NCBI GenBank assembly: GCA_041649135.1
Contig: JBAZNQ010000002.1
Location: 143,702-207,701 of the forward strand
Direction: 5' to 3'
DNA: 64,000 nucleotides
Origin: Patescibacteria group bacterium
Lineage (GTDB): Bacteria > Patescibacteriota > Kazan-3B-28
The notes below the pieces were generated by a model, which was given only the letters and a program-made list of their open reading frames with translations, did not search any database and was not told the DNA's origin. Shown one piece after another: positions 8,531 to 16,800 of this stretch; the first letter of the stretch is position 1; every line of letters starts with the position of its first letter. The position numbers were made by a program, and so were the translations under genes.

Positions 8531-8776
8531 ATGGGCAGAAATGTCATTAGCCAACTGGATGGGCTGCACCAGTACGGCGAAGCATTACGCCGTCTAGTCC
8601 GAGAATGTGGACGCACCAAAGCAGAGGCCATACAAATGCTCTGGTATGACCGAGATGCACTATTATCAGCTGGGGTTACTTCGATGCAACTGCTGGAGCT
8701 TGAAACGGCCATCGACATAGAAGAACAGGAAGGCAGACTGAAACCGCAACAATGCCAATTTGGCAGTAGTGAATAG
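8531..8776 (+). CDS. Small hypothetical protein (81 aa)
   Basis: ATG at 8531 preceded by GGGAGAGGG. Product MGRNVISQLDGLHQYGEALRRLVRECGRTKAEAIQMLWYDRDALL... Confidence 0.35.
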   Translation: MGRNVISQLDGLHQYGEALRRLVRECGRTKAEAIQMLWYDRDALLSAGVTSMQLLELETAIDIEEQEGRLKPQQCQFGSSE

Positions 8777-8795
8777 ACCTAAGGAGGTTTTCCAG

Positions 8796-9074
8796 ATGAT
8801 ACCAAATGGACAACCCTGCCAAATGGCAGATGGGAGGGTTGGTATTTGTCCACTTTGTGGGCACATTGAAGAGTTGCATCCCGTACGGATCCAACTCTTT
8901 GAAAGGGGTCTGGATTTGCGACCGGTACCATGTGGAGATGCAAAACAAGCAGTTTGTATTTGCCCTAAGTGCGGTGCTCGTAGCTCAACTCTGGGGGTTC
9001 TGATCAACGAAGATATCTTCATTATCGACAAGAACTCCCATGCGCCCCGTGGTCCGATCGTCAGACAGCCATAG
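8796..9074 (+). CDS. Small Cys-rich (zinc-ribbon-like) protein (92 aa)
   Basis: Strong RBS (TAAGGAGG) 8 nt upstream of the ATG at 8796; CPLCGH...CGDAKQAVCICPKCG gives two CxxC pairs; followed by a clear terminator. Confidence 0.45.
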   Translation: MIPNGQPCQMADGRVGICPLCGHIEELHPVRIQLFERGLDLRPVPCGDAKQAVCICPKCGARSSTLGVLINEDIFIIDKNSHAPRGPIVRQP

Positions 9075-9113
9075 GCGGTTCTGCTACACCAGCAGTCCGC
9101 CTATTTTATTTTT
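9071..9113 (+). terminator. Rho-independent terminator
   Basis: ATAGGCGG..loop..CCGCCTAT followed by TTTATTTTTCC. Confidence 0.5.
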
Positions 9114-9219
9114 CCTTACGTCATGTCATCCTTGAGGTCGCCGTGGCTACCCAAGGATCTATAATAACCTCATGAACCAATCGTGAAGTTTGTCATGAAT
9201 TTAGCCGCACAGATTTAAA

Positions 9220-10644
9220 ATGACCAAACAGAAAACTATTCGGTCTGGAAGCGCAAAACCAACTGTTTTTGTCGCGATGAGTGGGGGAGTCGACTCCTCT
9301 GTCGCCGCCGCCCTGTTACAACAACAGGGTTTTAACGTAGTCGGCGTGTTTATGAAGAACTGGTCGGACGCTTCAGATGTCGGAGGTGGCCTTACTTATT
9401 GCACCGCCGAACAAGACTTTTTGGATATGCGAGCAGTCTGTCAGCACTTGGATATTCCTTACTACACTTTCAATTTTGAAACAGAATACAAAAAACGAGT
9501 GCTAGATTACTTTTTTGCCGAATATAAAGCCGGTCGGACTCCCAATCCGGATGTCATGTGTAATAAAGAAGTCAAATTCGACCTCTTTCTCAAAAAATGT
9601 TTGGCTCTGGGAGCAGATTTTATTGCTACTGGGCATTACGCCCAGCGAGTCGCGAGTCGCGAGTCGCGAGTAATGAGTGACAACCCAATCGTCATTCCGG
9701 CCTCCGAGCCGGAATCCAGACAAAAAAATCCCTCTCTAGCCTCTCGCGACTCGTCACTCGCGACTCATCACTTACTCCTGAAAGGAGCAGACCCCATCAA
9801 AGATCAAACTTATTTTCTCTACAACTTAACCCAAGACCAGCTAGCGAAAACGCTTTTTCCGGTCGGTCAGTACCCCAAAAGCCAAGTTCGCGCCCTCGCT
9901 CGCAAATTTAAACTGCCAACTGCTACCAAAAAAGACAGTCAGGGAATTTGTTTTATCGGTCCCGTAGACGTTAAAGAATTTTTAAAAACTGTGATTAAAA
10001 CCAAAACTGGTAAAATTGTCAATCAAGAGGGGAAAATGCTTGGTACTCACGAAGGGGCTTGGTTTTACACCATTGGTCAGCGTCGGGTGGAAGGTCTAGC
10101 CGGTCAACCCGAGCCTTTGTATGTCATTGATACGGATATTAAGAAAAATCTGGTAATTGTTGGCCCAGATTCCGCCACCTATGGCAAAGGGGTAATTTTA
10201 GAAAATCTGCATTGGGTAGAACCAAGCTATCAAAATTGTCATCCCCGACCTGATCGGGGATCCAGACAGAAAAAGAAAATAGATTCCCGCCTTCGCGGGA
10301 ATGACGGAGAAGAGAACGGGAATGACGCATGGGATTTACAAGCTAAACCCAGATATGGCCCAGAGGTCTATGGGGGGAAATTGGTATTAGAACAAGTCGC
10401 GAGTAACGGGTCGCGAGGGACTAGTAGCAAAGCAGTCGTCATTCCGGCCCCGCCTGCCCGCCTTTGGGGGGAGCCGGAATCCAGACAAAAAAAGAGCCCT
10501 CGTCTCCCGTCTCTCGTCTCTCACGATTCCTACTCCTTCATCTTCGACCACCCCCAGCGCGCTCTTACTCGCGGTCAATCACTGGTCATCTACGACGAAG
10601 ACATCTGTCTCGGCGGGGGTGTTATTGAAAAAGTCATCAAATAA
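9220..10644 (+). CDS. mnmA: tRNA-specific 2-thiouridylase MnmA, carrying three in-frame palindromic-element insertions
   Basis: VFVAMSGGVDSSVAAALL (PP-loop), YKAGRTPNPDVMCNKEVKF, IATGHY, KDQTYFLY, QGICFIG and a CLGGGVIE C-terminus all align with MnmA. The protein is 474 aa against about 365 for typical MnmA; the extra segments coincide with repeat-element copies. Confidence 0.85.
   Translation: MTKQKTIRSGSAKPTVFVAMSGGVDSSVAAALLQQQGFNVVGVFMKNWSDASDVGGGLTYCTAEQDFLDMRAVCQHLDIPYYTFNFETEYKKRVLDYFFAEYKAGRTPNPDVMCNKEVKFDLFLKKCLALGADFIATGHYAQRVASRESRVMSDNPIVIPASEPESRQKNPSLASRDSSLATHHLLLKGADPIKDQTYFLYNLTQDQLAKTLFPVGQYPKSQVRALARKFKLPTATKKDSQGICFIGPVDVKEFLKTVIKTKTGKIVNQEGKMLGTHEGAWFYTIGQRRVEGLAGQPEPLYVIDTDIKKNLVIVGPDSATYGKGVILENLHWVEPSYQNCHPRPDRGSRQKKKIDSRLRGNDGEENGNDAWDLQAKPRYGPEVYGGKLVLEQVASNGSRGTSSKAVVIPAPPARLWGEPESRQKKSPRLPSLVSHDSYSFIFDHPQRALTRGQSLVIYDEDICLGGGVIEKVIK
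9691..9720. repeat. MITE/REP-like hairpin core inserted in-frame in mnmA (insertion 1, encoding ..NPIVIPASEPESRQKNP..)
   Basis: GTCATTCCGGCCTCCGAGCCGGAATCCAGA, flanked by GTCGCGA heptamer repeats (9649-9672 and an inverted copy at 9738-9770). Confidence 0.6.
10238..10295. repeat. MITE/REP-like element inserted in-frame in mnmA (insertion 2, encoding ..CHPRPDRGSRQKKK..)
   Basis: GTCATCCCCGACCTGATCGGGGATCCAGACAGAAAAAG...CGCGGGAATGACGG. Confidence 0.6.
10438..10492. repeat. MITE/REP-like element inserted in-frame in mnmA (insertion 3, encoding ..VVIPAPPARLWGEPESRQKK..)
   Basis: GTCATTCCGGCCCCGCCTGCCCGCCTTTGGGGGGAGCCGGAATCCAGACAAAAAAAG. Confidence 0.6.
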
Positions 10645-10732
10645 TCTTGATTATCCATTTTCAGAGCCAACTTCTTGCTAATATTCAGTTTTTGTGTAAA
10701 ACTGCAATCAAGCTTCCGCAAGGAGGATGCAC

Positions 10733-11233
10733 ATGGAACCCTGTGGCAATAGGTGTACAGTTGCTGGACCTGCTGGGTTGATGCCAGTCCCGTCGTCAAT
10801 TGACGTTCAGGGCGAAAGGACTGTGTTGGCCATCGAGGACGGAAACGGCTTTGAAAAGGCGGTGTGCCCTAGCGCCTTTTGCCGGACATTATCGGGCGAG
10901 GTGGTGGCGGTTCTGGTCAGAGGCGACACGTTCTACATTGCTGATGGCAATACCGATATCACCAACATAGATTCTCCCCGCCAAAGGATGGTTTATGTGA
11001 TAGATAGGGGCCTGTTGAGTGAAACAAAAGGTATCGTCGAGATCTTTGCTCGATCATGCTCTGTCGTGGATGTCGACGGGGACATAACTCTCGCAAAGGG
11101 TCTGCCTCAACCGCTTTTCCTAATTGGAGCTTATCCCCCCAACCATCCGAGGTATCTACCGTGGCGGTCTACGGCAGGACGTGACAAAAGCCATCGTTCC
11201 TCGGGACCACTCCCATACCCCAGCACAGCCTAA
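10733..11233 (+). CDS. Hypothetical protein (166 aa), locally GC-rich
   Basis: AAGGAGG RBS 6 nt upstream of the ATG at 10733 (the track start at 10727 is too close to the RBS); followed by a clean terminator at 11251-11284. Confidence 0.4.
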   Translation: MEPCGNRCTVAGPAGLMPVPSSIDVQGERTVLAIEDGNGFEKAVCPSAFCRTLSGEVVAVLVRGDTFYIADGNTDITNIDSPRQRMVYVIDRGLLSETKGIVEIFARSCSVVDVDGDITLAKGLPQPLFLIGAYPPNHPRYLPWRSTAGRDKSHRSSGPLPYPSTA

Positions 11234-11250
11234 CTTACACCACTAACATA

Positions 11251-11284
11251 AGACCCCAGTTCAACCTGGGGTCTGTCTTTTGTT
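11251..11284 (+). terminator. Rho-independent terminator
   Basis: AGACCCCAG-ttcaac-CTGGGGTCT followed by GTCTTTTGTT. Confidence 0.55.
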
Positions 11285-11322
11285 AGGAAAATTTGTAGGG
11301 GATAACCCCTATTCCCCCCACC

Positions 11323-11393
11323 GTCATTCTAGCAAACCCCTCCTTCCGTCATTCTGGAGTCTTTTGCCATACGGCAGAATTCCCAGAATGACG
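11323..11393. repeat. MITE/REP-like palindromic element copy
   Basis: GTCATTCTAGC...GTCATTCTGGAG...CCCAGAATGACG. Confidence 0.5.
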
Positions 11394-11758
11394 AAGGCGG
11401 ACGGATCCCTAGCCCTCGCAGACCCTTCGGAGTTCTGCTGGACAGCAGAACGAAGTAGAAGAGCTGACCCCTCCCTGATCCCTCTCCCCCAACTATTCAC
11501 TATTCACCATTCACTTTTCACTTTCCCCCTAGTAGCTATCGGCTTCTCCCCTAACCATTCACCATTCACTTTTCACTTTCCCCAAGGCCTCTTGCTTTTT
11601 TTGGGGTTTTCTGGGTATAATCTTCAGGTAAAAAAGGACTTAATTGACCGTGAATTACCCTCACAAGTCAACTATCAATTCTGCGCTCCCAGAGCGGTTT
11701 TTTGGCAGTTTGTGTCACAAGAAATCGATATATTACGTTATAACTTATGTAAGGCAAA

Positions 11759-12361
11759 ATGCCTGAACTGCAGTTTGACTCACATTCTGATGCTTCCGAC
11801 CAAGGGTTTTCGACCCCGATCGAGGCTAGCAACCGACCGAACGATGATCGGCTGATTACTCAAGCCCAAGCTGGCGATGAACAAGCTTTTGGTGAGCTCT
11901 ATGATATTTGGGCCGCCAAGGTTTATCGCTTCGTTTACGTCAAAGTCAAAGACGTTGCTGTGGCTGAAGACATCACTTCCGATATCTTCCTGAAAGCTTG
12001 GCAGAAATTGCATCAGTATAAACGACAAGCCGGAGTCAGCTTCTCTAGTTGGCTCTACGCTGTCGCGCGTAACGCCGTTATCGATTATTATCGTCTGACC
12101 AAACATTCAGAATTGTCTTTCGAAGATTTGCCAGAATTGGCCGACCTCGAAGGGCCAGAGCTCTATCGTGAAGTCAGCGAAATCGAAACCGCACTCAAGA
12201 ATTTGCCAGAAGATTACGAAAAAGTTCTTCGTCTTCGCTTCGTCGAGCAGATGCCAATCGCTCGAGTCGCTCAAGTGATGAAGAAAAAAGAAGACAACAT
12301 CCGGGCCCTCACCTCACGCGCGCTTAAGAAGATGAGAGACAACTTGAATCATGAATCATGA
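11759..12361 (+). CDS. ECF-type sigma-70 family RNA polymerase sigma factor
   Basis: Region 2 (FGELYDIWAAKVYRFVYVKVKD...DITSDIFLKAWQKL...SFSSWLYAVARNAVIDYYR) and region 4 (LKNLPEDYEKVLRLRFVEQMPIARVAQVM...RALTSRALKKMR) motifs. Confidence 0.8.
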   Translation: MPELQFDSHSDASDQGFSTPIEASNRPNDDRLITQAQAGDEQAFGELYDIWAAKVYRFVYVKVKDVAVAEDITSDIFLKAWQKLHQYKRQAGVSFSSWLYAVARNAVIDYYRLTKHSELSFEDLPELADLEGPELYREVSEIETALKNLPEDYEKVLRLRFVEQMPIARVAQVMKKKEDNIRALTSRALKKMRDNLNHES

Positions 12362-12391
12362 ATCAAGGATGGCAAATAGGGCACACCTATT

Positions 12392-12583
12392 CGTCATCCC
12401 GTGTTCTGCACTGTCATCCCGAACACTCCGTATTGTCATCCTGAACCCTGGCTGCGTCCCGCACCCGCGGGCAAGCTTGATTCAGGATCCAGTCTCATTC
12501 CGTCCGTCATTCCTGCGGAGGCAGGAATCCAGTTTCTCCCTAACAAACAAATAAAATAGATTCCGGACTAAACCCGGAATGAC
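12392..12583. repeat. Cluster of MITE/REP-like palindromic units between the sigma-factor gene and the downstream membrane-protein gene
   Basis: cGTCATCCCGTG, TGTCATCCCGAAC, TGTCATCCTGAACC..GATTCAGGATCC, CGTCATTCCTGCGGAGGCAGGAATCCAG, CCGGAATGACAAC. Confidence 0.55.
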
Positions 12584-12757
12584 AACGGGGGAAGCTCGGA
12601 ACAACAAAAAATCAGTCGGTAGTCCTTAAGGGTTCTGAAAGAACTTTTGGGGAAATGGGGATACAACCTATTTCTTTAGAAGTACTCGCAGAACCTTTTT
12701 ATAATTTTATTCTTTCACTCCCAACCACTATTCACCGTTCATTATTCACTTTCCTCA

Positions 12758-13771
12758 ATGCCTATCATCAATCACGACAATTTAATCCAAGAAATCAGCA
12801 TTCTAGGTAAAGATGCGAAGTTGTCGTTGACTCAACGACAGGCGATTCGTGATCGCTTATTTAAAAAAATTGGCCAGACTACTTTGATTGACGCAGTTCA
12901 GACCCAAACCGAAGTTGAAGATTTGGTCATGCCCTTGCCGAGTCTCCGTCGGCTATTTACTCCTCGTCGAGTGGTTTTGAGCATCCCAGCTACTGCTGGC
13001 ATGGTAGCGGCCGTATTTGTCGCCACCTTTGCTACTGGTGCCATGGCGCAAACTGCCCAACCGGGCGACCCATTATTTGGTGTCAAAAAAGTTTTTGAAA
13101 CTGTTCAGGTGGCTCTTGCTACCAATCCTTCAGCTCGCGCCGCTGTGAAGCTGGCCATTGTTAACGATCGCTTGCGAGCATTAGAAAATGCTGACACCAC
13201 TCAAGTGGCAGTGATTTTGGCTGAATCGCAGAAAGCTCTCACCAGCGCCCAGACAACTTTATCTACACTTCCTGCAGACAAAGATTTGAATACAAAATTA
13301 AAGACTCTTATCGAATCCCAAAAAACCGTTCTCGCCACTTTGGCGAAGGGCGATGTCAGCACCGATGACACTAAAAAGACTCTGCTCGCTATGCGCGATC
13401 AGTTAGATAAAATCATCGCTCCCGTTGGCACAGTCACACCAATCACAGATACTGAAAAGCCAGCCGTTGTCGACACTACACCAACCCAAGGCTTTGTCAC
13501 TTTGTATGGTTCTATTGGTAGCTACTCTGCCAAACCAACCTTAATGGTTGGTGACAAGCGCTACTACTTAGTTGGTGCAACTATCAATCTCATTTCTTAT
13601 ATGGGCTTCGAGCGAGCCGCCGTATCGGGTGTTTTGAATGGTGATACTATCACGCTTTCCAAGCTGACCATCAACGGTCAGACGATTTGGGAAGCCCCTT
13701 CTCTTAACAACAATCCCGTTGATAACAATTTACCTCGGGTCGAAGGCGACCAAAATTCATCGCCTAGGTAG
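12758..13771 (+). CDS. Single-pass membrane protein with a DUF5667-like extracytoplasmic helical domain; possible anti-sigma factor partner of the upstream ECF sigma
   Basis: Cytoplasmic N-terminus, one TM segment (VVLSIPATAGMVAAVFVATFATGAMA), then a coiled-coil helical domain (LFGVKKVFETVQVALATNP...). Its start codon is directly preceded by the shared ACTATTCAC..TTCACTTTCC motif. The anti-sigma role is inference. Confidence 0.5.
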   Translation: MPIINHDNLIQEISILGKDAKLSLTQRQAIRDRLFKKIGQTTLIDAVQTQTEVEDLVMPLPSLRRLFTPRRVVLSIPATAGMVAAVFVATFATGAMAQTAQPGDPLFGVKKVFETVQVALATNPSARAAVKLAIVNDRLRALENADTTQVAVILAESQKALTSAQTTLSTLPADKDLNTKLKTLIESQKTVLATLAKGDVSTDDTKKTLLAMRDQLDKIIAPVGTVTPITDTEKPAVVDTTPTQGFVTLYGSIGSYSAKPTLMVGDKRYYLVGATINLISYMGFERAAVSGVLNGDTITLSKLTINGQTIWEAPSLNNNPVDNNLPRVEGDQNSSPR

Positions 13772-13827
13772 ATTCCAGATTACACTCAAACAAATAAGTA
13801 TAGAAATAATCTACACATAAATTACTA

Positions 13828-16800
13828 ATGAATAGTTTACTCATGAAAAAGGCGTCCCAGCTCGTAGCTTGGACAATGACCGCTTCCACAGCTTTGTGGA
13901 TGGCCATTCCTAGCGCCGCCGCTGCGACTCCTGTTTACGCATTCAAATGGATTAGTCAGACTCCAGCCACTGTTACCGCCGATGGCGTAGCTCACTATGT
14001 GACTGCCAACCAAGGTGACACAGTAACTTTGTCTGTTACTCTCCAAAACACTGCTGGCAGAGTTATCAAAGGTAAGTCTTCCTTACCAGCAGCCCCAGCC
14101 GGCTATCAAGTTCCAATCGGTTCATACGGTATCGGCGTTCGCGGCGATGCCCAGACCCCTTGGATTGATGCTTCAAGCTTTGTCTTGAACGGTAACCGGT
14201 TTGTTTACTACGATGGTCCAGATGTGGCCATTGGTGGTAACATCACAATGACTTTCACAGTAAAAGTTGCAGCGACTGCCGCTAACGGCACCTACAATCT
14301 TTACTACAAGCCAGTCTTCGATTACGAAGCTTGGACTCGTCAGACAGCTTGGAACGGAAAGATTTTGGACAAAGATAAGTCCGATATCTTCACCCGTTTC
14401 TACGTTGGTACGACTCCAACCGTCAACGGTAACTTGAATGTTGGCATTGCCAGCACCACCCCAGCAGCTACTTCAATTGCCGCTGGTGCGTCTGATGTTC
14501 CAATGGCGAACTTTACGTTCACTGCTGGTGCATCCGATAACGCATTGGTTTCAAGTATTGCCCTTACACGGACTGGACTGTCAGTCGATACCGATGTTAC
14601 TGGTGTCAAACTCTATGATGGGAGCACCCAATTGGGCTCCGAGCAAAGTTTTAACACCACTACACACAAAGCTACCTTTACTGGTTTGGCTTGGTTAATC
14701 CCAGCCGGCACTAGCAAAACTCTGACCGCTTGGGTCTCTACTGCTAGTACAAATGTTGGTGCTGTTATCCAGATTTCTATCGCCGACGCCGCCAGCGTTA
14801 CACTCACTGGTAGTGGTACTATTGGCGGGACTTTCCCTGCCACTGGTAATGGGTTTACGCTAGCCAATGTCTCTGTCGGCACAATGGATGTTATCAAGAC
14901 AGCCGCTCCGGCTATTGGTAACATTCTCTCTGGCAGTACTGATCAACCAATCGCTTCGTTTAAATTCACTTCAGCTACTGAAGGATTTAACATTAATAGC
15001 GTTACCTTCACCGAAACTGGTACATCAGTTGATTCTGATGTCTCCAATCTTCGCTTGAAGCTTAATGGTGTTCAGATTGGTAGTGTTATGCCAGCATTAA
15101 GCGGCGGTATGGTTACCTTTACTGGTAGCCCACTGTTGTCAGTTCCTGCTGGTCAGAATAAGACCATCTACATTGATGCTGACATCGCTTCTGGTGTCAC
15201 TTCACAACGCACAGTCGTCTTCCAAATCTACCAAGCTAGTGATGTTGTGGCCGTTGGTCAGAACTCCCATGCTAACGTAGTGATTCTTGCTAGCGGATCT
15301 GCATTCACTGCTCAAACTGGTCAAGCCCAAACCATCATCCAAGGTACTCTTGGCGTGACCCGGGCCGCCACCAACTTGAGTGCCCAATCATATGTGGTTG
15401 GTACCGCACAAGCTGAAGTAGCCAAGTGGAAGTTTAGTGCTGGTTCTAATGAAGGTATTAAGGTAACTAAGCTTACTTTCACCAACGGTGGTACTTCACC
15501 AACCGCTGCTGATCTTCAGAATGCTCGGCTTTACATCAATGGTTCAGCCGTCGCAACTGATGACAGTGGCACTGTCTCGGCTACTACTATTAGGTTCACC
15601 AATGGCAACGGTCTCTTTACCGTTCCAGTCAGTGGTAACACTGAAGTGACCCTAAAAGTTGATGTCTCTTCATCGGCTACTGCGTCTCACACGCTGAAGT
15701 ATTACTTGTCAGCTGTAACCGATCTTGAGATTTACGGTCTTAGCTCTAATGCTAAAATCGACAGCACTACTGCTAACATCACGCCAATTACTGACGTGGC
15801 TGTTGGTGTAGCTTCCGATCACACCTTAGCTGCTAACGGCACATTAATCGTCGCTGCTGGATCAAATACTCCACCTGCTGCCAACTTCTCGTTGGGTACC
15901 AGCAACTTCGAGTTTATGCAATTCACCATGCAGGCAATTAGCGATGCCGCTCAAGTCACCGCTATTACGCTTCATCTCTTCGATGACACATCTGTTCTTA
16001 CAAATGGTACCGGAGCAGATATTGGCACAGGTGATGTAACTAATGCTAAGCTATACTGGTGGGATGGTACAAGCTGGACCCAATTGGGCAGTACAATCAA
16101 CACGCCATCTACTGGTACAGCCACGTTCAGTTTTAGCCACACGATTCCTGTCAATACTACCGAAACCTACAAGTTAGTTGGGGATATTCCAACTGGCGCT
16201 TCCTTGACCAACTTGTTCGCAGGTATCGGTACGGATGATGACAGCGTCCACATCTATGATGAGGTCACTGCTTCCGGTGTAGCGTCTGGTCTTGCTTACA
16301 CCAGCGGTACTTACATCTCAGCTGCTGATTACGCGTATGGCTCACTGTTCACTAAAGTGACTCCAACTATCACTGCTACTATGTCCACAGTGCCAATCGC
16401 ACGTACTGTAGTTAAAAATAGCAACAATGTTGTTTTGGGCCGTCTGTTGTTAGCCGCTAGCGCCGGTGAGGATATCAACATCTCCACCCTGAGAATTAGC
16501 GCTGATGATACAGATATCTCTGGTAACGGTAGTGATTCTCTCGCCAGCACCAACTTCTCCAACATTCACTTGGGGGCTGACACAAATGGTGATGGTACTT
16601 ATGAATTGACTACTATCAATAAACCATTTACTGATGGTGGTGGTTCAGCGATTGACTATGTCACCTACAGTGGTTCAGATTTCAACAACCCAACTAGCTG
16701 GAAGATTCCTTCCGCTGGTACATTGGTAGTTGATATCTTGGGCAATGTATTGGGCAGTTCCGGTAGCTGGTCGTTTGGTATGGTTGATAACGCCCCAGTT

